In this document: piece after piece, positions 25,705-39,554 of the stretch
Layout of the letters: the number at the start of each line of letters is the position of its first letter
Numbering within the stretch: the first letter of the stretch is position 1
NCBI GenBank assembly: GCA_017654855.1
Contig: CM030334.1
Coordinates: forward strand, 930,001-994,000
Reading direction: 5' to 3'
Length of the DNA stretch: 64,000 bases
Source: Podospora anserina
Lineage: Eukaryota
Notes under the pieces: generated by a model
Told to the model about the DNA's origin: nothing
What the model saw: only the letters and a program-made list of their open reading frames with translations
Databases searched by the model: none
Made by a program: the position numbers and the translations under genes

Positions 25705-26497
25705 TTTGTTGTGGTGGGAAGAAGAGGTGGAAAATGCGAGATGGGATGGAAGTTGGGTTTGTGCGGGGCTGGGGAGTGGTGACTGATGATAAGGTGGGAG
25801 TGATTGAGATGAGGGGAGAGTGAGGTGTTTTATACGCCGGATTGAAAATCTCCAAGACATACTGGTGGGTGTCACAGCATGGGAGTTGTCAACTCTCGTG
25901 ATCAGTACGACGTGAGCATCGATTGCCGCCTGCGTTCTCTAGCTCATGATGTGCCAATGCGGGACGGTTGACATCATTGGCGAATCGGCAGTCGATCCCT
26001 AACCCTAGACCCGCCCTAGCGTTTAGGGGGAAGCGCCGAGGAGGTTGGTAGAGGAGAAGTATCGTCAGGCTGAGCCCGAGGGTTTGGTACCACGCGCTGA
26101 GATGAATTAGTGGCGGAGGCTTTGGTGATGAGGTTCCGGGGAGAGATAGAGACATTGTCTTTGGCAAGTGCTCCCACAATGTTCATGGGGGTTAATTGTG
26201 AATATGCATTTATGAATTAGTAAGTGGTTTCCGACAAGACTTGGCGCCATCTCGCTGAATGCAACCTCAACCCTTGCAGGTCCACCGCCCCCGACCTCCA
26301 TTCAAGGATCGCGATCCATGATGGCGACCGTAACTCTCGACAGAAGCGTTCCTGCGTATCCTTTGCCCGACTTGACAGCGCATGCTTGGATCCGAAGGTC
26401 ATGATGCAATCTTCATAATTGACCTCAGGCAGGAGGTGCGGATGAGGTTTTGTTCGAGCTTGAGCTCTCAGACGCCGGTCCAGACACGCACTTCGAT

Positions 26498-28417
26498 ATG
26501 CGACTCATCAACGTGACAACCCTCCAAATCGACGAATACTTCGGCACCGGCATTCCAGAGTACGCAATTCTCTCCCACACATGGGACGCGACAGAGGCAA
26601 CGTTACAACAATGGAGCAAGCGGACGACGAGACTTCGAAAGTTCAAGGTTCCCGGCTACGCAAAAGTGTACGGAGCTTGCAAACTTGCGCGGCAAGACGG
26701 ACTTCGATATCTGTGGATCGACACCGTTTGTATCGACAAATCTAGCTCGGCTGAGTTGTCAGAAGCCATCAATTCCATGTTCGCATGGTACGAAAACGCC
26801 AAAGTATGCTATGTCTACCTGTCAGATGTCAAAGTACCGTCAAAGGACGACAACATTGACGTGTTGAGTCTGTTCCGGCGTTCTCGATGGTGGACTCGTG
26901 GCTGGACCCTTCAAGAGCTTTTGGCGCCAACAAACATTCTTTTTTACACTCGGGAGTGGGTGCAGATGGGAACCAAGTACGCGTTGGCTATGCTCATTCA
27001 AGAGATCACGGGTATTGGCGAAGGGTACTTGCGAGGGACACGGCGGATATCTTTGTGTAGTATCGCACAGAGGATGAGCTGGGCCTCCAAGCGAGTTACG
27101 ACAAGGGAGGAGGATCTCGCGTACTCCTTGCTCGGCATATTCGGAATCAACATGCCCCTGTTGTATGGCGAAGGGAGCCAGAACTCCTTCCGAAGACTTC
27201 AGGAGGAGATCATCAAGACATCGATCGACCAGAGCATATTCGCATTCGAGACTGGCTCATCGGATAACACCCTTCTCGCCCATCACCCAAGAGACTTTGC
27301 TGCGCAGGGTAGCGTACGACCTAGCTTCGCACGCAAGCTGACACCCCCTTTTACCCTTTCCAATGCTGGACTTTCCCTGACAGTACCGTTGATTCAAACC
27401 ATGTCTCCGTATTGGGTCTTGGCGGTCCTGAACTGTGTCGAGTTGCACTGGGACCAGGAGGACGTCAGCGCAAGGTCTGTCATTTGTCTTCCACTTCTTG
27501 GAAGGGACAAGAAATACATGCGAGCTCGAGCTCCGGTTACTCTGATTAGCCTCGGAGCTGACTTGGCGGGCGGGCCAAAGCCGACTATACGCCCAAAGCT
27601 CATCGACAACAGCGTTGAAGACGTTCGTGTTGGAAGAGAAGATGCCGATACAGACACCGTAACGACAGACAGCACGTCGAGCATCGAGAGGACTACACCA
27701 CTTGAAATACAGGATTTGACGACGCGGGAGGATACCGAGATACTCGTCTCGTACTTTTCTCGCATCTACACTCTTTGGGGTAATGAGATGGATGAGGCCA
27801 TGAAGGGTTTCGCCGTTAGCGAGATGATGCTGGATTCCACGACCGAAACGCCGGAACAAGGATTTATGCTCACCTTCCCCAGGGGGTTAGGGGAGTACCG
27901 CTATCGCTATTCGTATCCGCATACAGACCTGTATCCCAATATCAGCTTCTTTATCCCATCGGCAGTCGCTCCTCCGATGCACCACGACCATAACAGCAAC
28001 GGCAATAATAGGGAGGACGGCGCTGATCCAGATGGCCACCACCAGTCCCAACACCCCCGGCATGGAGAAGTTAAGAGAGGTCTACTGGTCTTTGCCCCCC
28101 TCCGCGGTGCGAATTACAAATATGTAGGCATTTACCTCGCAGTGGACTCGGCCACCAGGAACTGGACCTGCCGGATTCTAGACCTCGGCGCCAGCTTCTC
28201 TGGAATGAGATCGGACCTACAAGAAATGACGGGGCTCGGTGACGGTCTCATCCTGGGAAAGTCTGAAGAATGGCTCCACTACGATCAGCGGGGTGATGTT
28301 ATCGTGGCTGCTCGGACGAGATTCAAGACGGTCAAAGGCAAGCCCTGCAAGGAAGCGATCATGGTGGAGCTGGTGTTTGATGTAGAGGAGTTGTTGGAAG
28401 AGAGGGATTCGGAGTAG
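26498..28417 (+). CDS. HET-domain protein, ~639 aa, with long variable C-terminal region
   Basis: MRLINVTT, YAILSHTW, WIDTVCIDKSSSAELSEAINSMFAWY, WTRGWTLQELLAP, AQRMSWASKR.TTREED.AYSLLGIF..NMPLLYGEG. Confidence 0.93.
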   Translation: MRLINVTTLQIDEYFGTGIPEYAILSHTWDATEATLQQWSKRTTRLRKFKVPGYAKVYGACKLARQDGLRYLWIDTVCIDKSSSAELSEAINSMFAWYENAKVCYVYLSDVKVPSKDDNIDVLSLFRRSRWWTRGWTLQELLAPTNILFYTREWVQMGTKYALAMLIQEITGIGEGYLRGTRRISLCSIAQRMSWASKRVTTREEDLAYSLLGIFGINMPLLYGEGSQNSFRRLQEEIIKTSIDQSIFAFETGSSDNTLLAHHPRDFAAQGSVRPSFARKLTPPFTLSNAGLSLTVPLIQTMSPYWVLAVLNCVELHWDQEDVSARSVICLPLLGRDKKYMRARAPVTLISLGADLAGGPKPTIRPKLIDNSVEDVRVGREDADTDTVTTDSTSSIERTTPLEIQDLTTREDTEILVSYFSRIYTLWGNEMDEAMKGFAVSEMMLDSTTETPEQGFMLTFPRGLGEYRYRYSYPHTDLYPNISFFIPSAVAPPMHHDHNSNGNNREDGADPDGHHQSQHPRHGEVKRGLLVFAPLRGANYKYVGIYLAVDSATRNWTCRILDLGASFSGMRSDLQEMTGLGDGLILGKSEEWLHYDQRGDVIVAARTRFKTVKGKPCKEAIMVELVFDVEELLEERDSE

Positions 28418-31400
28418 TTGTGGATGGCCTGGTGTATGTGGTATGCCCCTGAGATTGTCATGGCTCGCTGCTATATCGCATTGAGTGCTTGCGAGACGGT
28501 TTGAGCAATAGGAGTGGTCGGGGATGGTTTGAGACTCACCTGTGCTATTTTCCTTCAGCGTCTATCGAAAATCTTGCGAGCCCCTGTGCTCTGCATAGCT
28601 AGGCTCCTTTCATGAGAACTGCACAAGAACTTGAAAGTCCTGTTGTCTTCTCAGGCAGAAATCGCACCATCTCAGGCTCTCCCACCACCCCGAACCAACC
28701 ACACCAGGCTGAATATCAGAGTGTCTAGTTGACACTGTGCTCTAAACACAGCAACAGATCATCACCTTGCTTTCTTGGGGGCCAAAACTGTGCCGAGATT
28801 CCGGGTAGCGCTTGTGGCGGGCTGGGGGGTTGCCGCGCTGGAGGCCTAATGAGCACGGCCCGACACCCGGAGGATTCTCTCCAACACGAGGAAAGAATAC
28901 GTGGTGAGATCCCAAAGCAGAAGTGTCGATCTGGACCTCTTTGTGTTGTTTATGTATGTCCTTACTCTTGGACGAGCCGTCTCTTGGCCTCGATAGTGTC
29001 TTACACATTGCCCAGTCCGGGTGTTTCCCGCTACCCGGTCAGGGCTGTGTTCCGACTCAGAATTGTACGACCCGGACTGGACCGGAGTCTAGAGGATTCG
29101 ACGCGCGAAAATATTGTATGGATTTGGCTAGGCCGCGCACGTTTCGAAATATTCCTGTTTATGAGTTGTGATATCAAAAGCTGTCACAATAGAGATTTCA
29201 GCTATCGGCCCATTGAGCTGTCCACCGTTGACGTCTGAACGGCCGAATGTGCGGGTCGTGTCTGAATGTCAGGGCTCCCTTGAATCCATGAATCCATGAT
29301 CGCTGGACACCAAGTGGAGATCTCCCGCTCAGTGGGGAATCGAGCTTAATCGGACTGCACCTCGTATCAAACCGGCTCTATCGACGGTCTGCATGCAGGG
29401 TTTGACGTTTTGTTCAACTGCGCACGTAGCGGCGTCTGGTTCGGTCTACAATGGGCTCTCGGCGTCGGCCGGCCTTTCTGTCAAGAGCAGTTCACTGGGA
29501 ATTGAGAAGTTGACACCATCGAACTGTCAACTGGCTAAGCCCAACTGGGGTCCCCGCAGTTGGCTGTTGGCCTTTAAAACACATCTTCACTGCCCGTTCA
29601 CTGCCTCAGCGAGGCCATTGACACCCGGACTGGTTTAAAAGGGGCCACCAGTTCACAAATCGGAGGAAAATATCTCTTCCGGCCGTACAGCTAACTCCCG
29701 TTGTTCCTGAAAACCCCACCTCTGCGTTGATCGGCTTGGCACGCCTGAGGTGTGGAGCTGCCGCCCCCGCTCCCTAGCGTCGCGAGCGCACTGACCAGCC
29801 ACCTTTTGCTGAATAAAAAAAAACCTCAGCTTCACTGCTTGTTCATCACACAGAAGCCTAACAACAAGGGAAGAGTCTCGGCGGTTCCTAAACCGCGCAT
29901 CATGAAAAGTCGAAAAACACGAGTCAGGACTGCCGAATATTGCCAGTCTGCAAGCAGTCGCCGCATTTGGATGACCGCCACCCTCTTTCGATGAGCTCAC
30001 CGTCCGACAGCGAACCACACTCAGCGGCGCCTGTGGGTGAGCGCCATCAAAAAGCCACCAGTTTCTCACGCAACTCCGCTTGCATAGGCCCGGTCGAGTC
30101 ACAGAGCCAAAAACCAACTCGACAGTTTGGTTGTTCCTGTCATTTTTCCATCATCGCGTTGCGCCACACACCGACTAACAGATATCGATGCAACAGACCG
30201 ACAGGGGCCTCACACCCACGCCGTTCAGCCCGATTTTGGGTCCGGCCCATGTTGCCTCCTGAATGGCTGGTGCTTCCCCCGTTGACATTGCCTTACCACC
30301 TTCCACGTTCTGGTCAGCGCTGGAAACTCGGCATTGCCCACCAACGACCTTCATAGCAGTCGAATTCAGCACCAAACTCTGAAGACACCATGCCCCATCG
30401 AGCTGTGAGGCCGTCGGTTCAGCTCGAACACCGATGAGAGGACAAGCATTGACAAGCCAGACAAGCCTCATCAAGCTTTGAAGGATTATCTTTGGCATGG
30501 CTTGGCCTCTGCGGCGACTACAAGCCAAGTGGACCGAGGAATTTGTCTGACTTCTTACTTTGCAACACGTGTGCCGTCCCTGTCCGGGAAACACAATCAA
30601 AGTTGTGCTCGCTTCGAGACGGCATTTGCTGACAAGCATGCATATTGGTGAGGTAGCACAGCTGTGGTTTCATATACACTAGCCGCATCGAGCAGGGACC
30701 AGCACTGAACATCTCTTGAACCCCTACCACTTGGGTGGCTTGACGCCCTGCTGACGATCTTTCCCCTCCCCCGCAATCCGTCCCTCACGGTCCCGAGCTG
30801 CCGAGTTGTGATATTTTTTGGACGCACCCGTCGCTCACTCAGCGTCGCCGTAGCTCGAACGAGCCGAACTGGATCTTCTCGAGTTCACAAACGAGCGGTT
30901 ACTGGCGCCGGCCTGCCACTATTTCTCATCTCTGTTCATTTCTGGTCGATATGAAGGCTGTTGTGCGAGGACCTGTCAGATGCAGGTGTTCCCACGCCGC
31001 TGCAACCCCCTACTTCCCCTCGCATGTGGTGTCCTGCCCTTCTGGCCTCCCATTCGCTGGCCGGCTGCGACGCCATCTCCAGAATGCAAAGATTCCCTGG
31101 GTGCCCATCTGATTTGTCGGTATTTCTCTCACACCTTTTTGTGGGGTTGAGATCCGAAAAAGTACACCAGGCTGGGTCAGGTGCAGCAACCGAATATGAC
31201 GCCTCAGAGGCAAACATGCCAGCAAGGAGGGTGGCCTTTGACAAGTCTCGAACATCAACAAGACACAAGAGGATTGTCTCTTTGATCCAGCCCAAGCAAG
31301 TATTGACATGTGTGTCTTGGATTCTCCTGACTATATCGTTGAATCCACTATTTGTGATTGTCTCATGTGGCCAAGACGGCCAATGCAGACAAAACAAGGT

Positions 31401-31774
31401 TTGGACGGCAGGCTACTTCGGGAGCAGGGTTTCTGGGTCAATCCAAGCTGCCCAGGCACCCGATCGATGATTAGCCGGCAGAGGGTAATCCACCACCATC
31501 AGTGACCCTCCCGACGTCACGCAAGACGTCCCCCTGAGCATCCTTAACCAGGGGCCGTGGCCGGCGGCACAGAGCCTTCTTTTTTTTTTCTGCTTCTTTT
31601 AGTAGTCCCCTCACACCCAACCGCGACCACTCCGGCCCTTTGTGCCCCCACTCTCTTCAACATACCTCAAATACCTATAAAAGGAAGACGGCCTTCTCTT
31701 CAAACCACAGTTGCCGCTAGCACCATCACGACGTCACAACTTATGAGGCGTGACCTTATATTTTTCCACCAAGC

Positions 31775-31795
31775 CCTCTCTCTCTCTCTCTCTCT
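31775..31795. repeat. (CT)n microsatellite in 5' leader
   Basis: About 10 CT units seen directly. Confidence 0.85.
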
Positions 31796-31917
31796 GTACT
31801 ACGCCAAACACAACTTCAACAACATCCAATCCCAGCAAGACAATAATCCTCCAGCCGTATCAGAACATTCCCAGTGCATCTTCTCCAAATCTATTAGACG
31901 CACTTGCCACACTCACA

Positions 31918-33141
31918 ATGGCGAGCCAACCCCCACGGCCCCAACTCAGAAAGAAGGCGAGCTTCCGGGACCGCTTCAAGTCATGGCAGAAATCGGCACC
32001 TCCTGCTTTGGAGGCAATTGAGGAACCAAAGCAAAAGTTTGTCTACGAGCCCAAGCATGCCGCCTCGGACTTTTCTCGCATGCCAGTGTTGCCAGTGGGC
32101 AGCCAGAGACACCGGATCTTTGACTCCAGGCGAACTGCCCCGTTGCAAAGTTTGCCTGAGGGGACAACAAGACTCAAAGCACGTAGGGGAAGCCAGTCAG
32201 AAGGGAGGAGAACAGACGACACAGTGAACCCTCCGCCCCAGTTGGCCCTCCAACATGAGCTGGCGAGAAGAGATTCCAAGTCAAAACGATACTCCTACAC
32301 TCTGGTAGAGGATCCGTTGCGGGTTTCCCAAACGGCAGCCGTCCACCAAGTTCCTATCAGCACCCGACCGATGAGTTGGGACCAAGCTCCGACAGAGCTC
32401 CGGCAGGCAAGCCACACCCCAACAAGACACCACTCTCACAGTCAGCACACCCGGCAGCCAAGAGCGTCGCCATCGACAGACTTTGAGCTATTTCTTGCCC
32501 AAGCTGAAGCCGAAGAACGCGCACATCACGAGGTTGTCTTGCGCCAGATGTCACAGCGCGCAGCGGCAGCTCAGGCGGCTTATCCCCATCGGCCTACTGT
32601 CCATCCCAATCCCCACACGCAATTTGCCAGTGCGGTGTCGGATGTAAGCACCGCCACCACAGCCGTCGGAGGAAGGACGTCCGCCAGTGGCGGAAGCAAG
32701 AACAGCAGCCGGAGAAGCAGAGATGCTGCGTCCACTGGCACCGGGAATCGATCGCATTCGTCTTTTGCCCGTCCTCTCCCAACAGAAGTCTCCCAACAGC
32801 CGCTCGAGCAGCCGCCTCAACGATTGCGCCACAAAGGACATTCAAGAAATCCCAGCTGGGCTACTGGTGCGAGTGTGGAGTTGACGAAGCTTGATACATT
32901 TGCCGCGGAAACCGCGCCCACTGTGCAACCGGTTCAGGTGTTGGGCGTGGATGAGGCCTTCAAGCCTCCCCATACACAAGTTGACCAGCCACGAACGTTG
33001 AGACGGCAGTCGAGCATAGCTCAGAAGATAGCCGAGTACATCCGACCTTCCCGACAGGTGGACGGCGGTGTTGGGTACCAGAGGAGTGGATCCAAACGTC
33101 ATAGTCAGGCTATCCCTAAAGTCGAAACGCTGGCCGAGTAA
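31918..33141 (+). CDS. Hypothetical low-complexity, probably disordered protein (~407 aa)
   Basis: Long ORF with ATG in good context (CACAATGG) downstream of a TATAAAA at ~31676. RKKASFRDR and RRQSSIAQKIAEYIRP basophilic motifs. Confidence 0.75.
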   Translation: MASQPPRPQLRKKASFRDRFKSWQKSAPPALEAIEEPKQKFVYEPKHAASDFSRMPVLPVGSQRHRIFDSRRTAPLQSLPEGTTRLKARRGSQSEGRRTDDTVNPPPQLALQHELARRDSKSKRYSYTLVEDPLRVSQTAAVHQVPISTRPMSWDQAPTELRQASHTPTRHHSHSQHTRQPRASPSTDFELFLAQAEAEERAHHEVVLRQMSQRAAAAQAAYPHRPTVHPNPHTQFASAVSDVSTATTAVGGRTSASGGSKNSSRRSRDAASTGTGNRSHSSFARPLPTEVSQQPLEQPPQRLRHKGHSRNPSWATGASVELTKLDTFAAETAPTVQPVQVLGVDEAFKPPHTQVDQPRTLRRQSSIAQKIAEYIRPSRQVDGGVGYQRSGSKRHSQAIPKVETLAE

Positions 33142-33940
33142 GAGTTCAGATTCAAGTCTGACTGGGTATCAGAGGTGGGAGAATGAAGGATGATATCATG
33201 AATGGATGGACCGGGACACTAAAAAAGAATGGGGTCCTTTTTTTTGGGAGATACCCCTGAAGCAGGTGAATGACGACACGGGGAACGAATAAATACCAGG
33301 TTGGATATATCAAGGGACGGGCGCATATTCGAGTTGAAGTATGTCAAGAGTTCTGAGATTGAAACAAGTGCTAGCTGGGCTAGAGGGGAAAGTAATCGCA
33401 TCGTATGTTAGATTCAGTATTGACATCCAATGAGACGCTTACAGCTTGCTGTCACAAAGACCTTTTTCACCTGACGCTCCTGAACATAAGCTCACGATCC
33501 GTCGCCTGACGTTTGATGTCTGGGGAAGTGCACGCAAGCTAAACCTCGATTGTCAATCGATGGCGGCTACCCCTCACGCTACATCCCCAAGCGGCTCTGT
33601 AAGTACGTAACGACGATCCTCTCACCAGTGTAGGGATTCTCTTCCCCTCATGAACCCCACACCAAGCATGCCAAAAGAATATCCCGTCTCTCCGCATGCA
33701 CAACCATGTCGGGGAGCCGGGAGTAGAGGGGGTTCTATTCGGAGGGTAGTACTATGCCGGCAGATGCGGAGCAATCCTCCCCAACCTCGACCGTGTGCCA
33801 GGTGTCGCGGGGTAGGTTGTGGGCGGAAATATTAACCGTGTAGACCGAACTTTGGGAGATATATTTCAACTCTGGTATCTCGCCGTCGCCAACTTTCCTG
33901 CATCTTCTCACCATTCCCAAGTTGCTACTGGTTCATTACG

Positions 33941-35999
<2,059 letters not shown>

Positions 36000-36699
36000 C
36001 TGGTGCAAATGTACGACGGAGCTGGATCGACAGGATGGATAGTTCACGTGGATTATGTCAACACCTGACGTTATCATCTGTTGAGCCCAAACACGAGAGT
36101 AATCACGTGGTGGTTGGTGAAAGAACCAATATCTAGCTTAGTCCATGCTCAATACCGTGTTACCTTTGCTCCCGCATGCGGCTCTTACATGACCTTTGGT
36201 CTGGGGTAGTCACAAGGCAGTTTCGCCGGTGTCCTTTGCGCTGTCGCTCGAAACCAAGGGTTCAGGAAGAGCCAGATGCTAAATGTGGCATCATGGCACC
36301 GACATCGCTGTGTTTATGCTTTCAAGCGGCAACTTGCCTACCTGGTATACATGGAAACATTAATTTACACTGATACGCATCTCATAAGCAGGAGCCGGGC
36401 GATTTAAGTCACAAGGTCATCAGGTCTAACCGTGTCCTCTGCTGTTTCCCAGCAGGTCTCCTCGCACTCATATTTCGTAGTTCTAAAACCGAAACTTGGC
36501 AGGAGATAGTACCTCTGCGCCAAATGTGGACAAATTTCCTGCGGTGTTGAATGCATAGACACCAATGACACCATCTCACTGATCAGCACCTGGTCCGTCG
36601 CTGTTTATTGTACATTACGGTGGACATGGCGATAGAATAATCAAGAAGACCGACGATCTGTCTGGGCCCAATTCCTTTACTGCTGCCGTAATAAGAGAC

Positions 36700-38250
36700 A
36701 TGACACGTTCGGTCGCTCAAGACGGCTTTGTGATTATTTTAGAGCTACAGAATCGCCTCACGAAGCGAGAGGAAAAACTGTTTGTGACGCCGATATACAT
36801 CGGAATGACTGGTGGGAGGTCCATACGCTTAGCACCAATCATGCCCGACAACGAACGGCCAACGGACATCCCTCAAGCGAAAACATTCCTCCAGCTCCTC
36901 ATCAAGATCAAGGATGAGCTAACAGAGAGAAACACGAAGGAGATCAGCCTTTGGATCAAGACCTCCGGAGTGCCAAACATCGTGTCGGGCCTTGAACTTA
37001 CCTTTGCCCGGACCGGACAAATATGCAACGCTGTGGAGGATATTCGCAGAGGAGAAAAGCTGTTCACGCATCACGTCCGGATGGTCGACAAGGACGAGAT
37101 TATGGCCGCTTGGAATAGGGTCGTGTCCCTGGTTCAAGGGTATCGCTCTCTTCATCAACTTCAACCGGGATTCAACAAGCCGCACCAGACTGGCCATTTC
37201 TTAAAAGAGCTGGTCAAGGACACCGAAGACGTTTTTGGGCTTCTTGAGAGATACATTTTGACTGGCCCTGCATTGGAGGAAGGAGAGGCATTGGAGGCGA
37301 TGATTAGCGATGAGACCTTCCAAGCTCTCGGCCTAACAGGACCACTGCAACTGGTCAAGATCGATCGTCAAGATATCTCTCTGGGAGCAACCACCATGGC
37401 TTACAGTGGCACGGCCATCCAAGAGAAGATTTACGGCCCTTACCTGGATCCTAGGGATATTCCGGTCGTTTAAAAACGAATCAGCGTCCTAGCCAACATG
37501 TTGAAGGCCGTTGAGTCTCAAGACTTCCGTGCGCTAAGGTGCATTGGGTGGTTTCCCGAGCCCTTGGAGCATTGTTACATTCTCAACTTTGAAGTACCGC
37601 CTGGCATCGAGGACCAGAAATATGTGACATTGCAGCACGTCATCCACAAGATGAAAGGCCCCGACCGGCCATCCCTGGACGAGAGACTAGGTTTGGCTTT
37701 GGCGCTCGCCAAGGCAGTAGAAAATTGGCATCTCGTCGGTTGGCTTCATCAGGGGATCAGCAGCTTCAACATCATCTTCTTCCATAGGCCAGGAACACGC
37801 AGGATTGACCACGCAAAACCATACTTGCACTGCTTCGAGTTCGCATGACCTGGATCAGATACCTCAATAGGGCGAGCAGTGGACTCTATTGAATTCAATG
37901 CCTATCGACACCCTGATCGCCAAGGGACTGTAGAACGTGGTCATCTCGCCAAACATGACATTTATTCCCTTGGCGTGGTATTGCTCGAGATCGGTCTATG
38001 GCAGAGTGCTCTGGATGTTGTGCGGAAACTGCCTAGCAAATTCTCCGGGTTGGAAGCCCAATCCTATCTCGTGAAGCAATGCAACGAGAGACTCGCATAT
38101 TTCGTTGGAGAGTCGTACCAAGATGTTGTAGCAACTTGTTTGACGTCGAGCTACGAAGTTGAATTCGATGACACCACCCGCTCGTGATCAGCCAAGTCAT
38201 TTCACGAAAAGGTCGTCATGAAGCTGAGCATGGGCATTCAGCCCCTGTAA
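36700..38250 (+). pseudogene. Helical N-terminal (possibly HeLo-like) + degenerate protein-kinase-like domain gene, 517 codons with three in-frame stops
   Basis: ORFs 36700, 37498 and 37879 share one frame, separated by TAA 37471, TGA 37846 and TGA 38185. Motifs FRALRCIGW, PSLDER..LA..LA, H.VGWLHQGISSFNIIFF, PYLHCFEFA[R]P, YRHPDRQG and DIYSLGVVLLEIGLW are typical of the fungal HeLo-associated kinase-like family. Confidence 0.85.
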
Positions 38251-38251
38251 T

Positions 38252-38958
38252 TCAGGAGATCGAGCAACAGCATTCGTCACCCCCCTTCGTCGTTGTTGTC
38301 AACGCTACAAGGACCGCGGCATAGCTATCGAGAAGCCGTTAGCAAGATTGTCCATCTAGGCGCAGCAAAGCACTTACCTGGCTCCCGAGGCAAATCTGTC
38401 AACAGTCCTGGTTGTTGTGAAGAACGAAGCAACCACAAGGAACATGATTGCGGAAAATATGCTCGCCAGCACACGGCCTGCGGTTGATATTATCGATGGG
38501 ATGAAGGTGGTTGGGATGAGGATCACCAATGTCACGGCGACCACTGCGAGGATGCGGCTAAAACGCCGGAGGTGTGGTCCGAGGAGAAGAACATTGCTGT
38601 CGGCTGTGATCTTGTAACGCTGTGTTTTTAGACGAGGGAAGAACTGGGATCGGACGTCAGCTCTGACATTCACCCTTGCCCTATCAGCTGCAGATAATAC
38701 TCATACCCTCCCTGCCAGCCGATCCAACCAGTACGTGCATTCTTCCACGAAGACCTCACTGTACGCCAAAGCCCTGTCCACAGGACCGGCAAGGCTGCCT
38801 ATGTCCTCATCCATCTCAAGATAATCGGTCTCCTTCCGGCTGATACTGGTCTTGATGCCCAGCCCACAGACCACTCCAAAAGCCTTACGCCTGTTAGCAC
38901 CTTTTAACACTGCCTCTGGACCAGAATCCTTCAGGCCCACGGCCAGACCCGAAGAATT
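38252..38958 (-). CDS. DUF6594-like membrane protein (5' end missing or unresolved); exons ~38958-38707, 38643-38378, 38324-38252
   Basis: Two canonical introns (38706-38644, 38377-38325) join ...ETDYLEMDEDIGSLA... to a three-helix hydrophobic C-terminus ending RTVDRFASGASYAAVLVAL, resembling the DUF6594 signature (E.FAATAAYAAVLVVF). Confidence 0.7.
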
Positions 38959-39133
38959 CTAGATCGACCGATCAGACTTTGCACCGCCGCAACCGAGTCA
39001 GCTACTTGCTTCTACCTAGCTTATTACACAACTTCGGAGATAGCACGGCAGCGAAAATGCTGTACGCAGACGACGAGCAGCATTACCGTCCCCGAATAGA
39101 TTTCTATGTCGAGGTAGGAAACCCGTTGCAGCG

Positions 39134-39397
39134 ATGCTTCCACAACATTCTCCAGATTCCTTTGTACAACAACTCATTATCTCAACAACGGCGCTGACAT
39201 CTTGAAATCAGGGCAAATTTCGCGTCAACGAACAGGTATACGTAACCTCTGACGACGGCCGCAGTCTGCTCGGTTCATACACGGTGGCCCGGGTGGTCGA
39301 AGGCAGCAATCCAAAGAAATACGAGCTCGAACATGACGATAGAACAAGCGTGGAGGGAGGAAGAGAGTATAATGAGGATCAATTGGAATTTGCTTGA
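39134..39397 (+). CDS. Small (~65-70 aa) beta-rich, SH3/Tudor-like protein absent from the ORF track; main exon 39212-39397
   Basis: Branch GCTGAC (~39193) and CAG acceptor (39211), then 61 open codons GKFRVNEQVYVTSDDGRSLLGSYTVARVVEGSNPKKYELEHDDRTSVEGGREYNEDQLEFA*. First exon uncertain (ATG 39134 with a weak donor, or ATG 39106 out of phase). Confidence 0.6.
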
Positions 39398-39554
39398 ATG
39401 CCAAAAAAAAAAAGATACAAAAGGAAGATGCGGTTGTGAAACACGGCCGGCGCGTCTTGAACGGCACCGAGAGAGCCTCACAGGACAATTGCTGATATTA
39501 TGTATGGTATACCGTAATGACCCGACAAATCCCCAACCTGCATGCTTTCATCCC

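Noticed and set aside
37471-38187. A-to-I repair of the kinase-like gene's stops
   Set aside because: The stops are TAA/TGA/TGA rather than UAG, and 37846 sits where Arg (CGA) is expected in FEFARP; ordinary nonsense mutations fit better.
38701-38703. Apparent in-frame stop in the DUF6594-like gene
   Set aside because: It lies inside a 63-nt intron (GTATGA...GCTGAC...CAG, 38706-38644).
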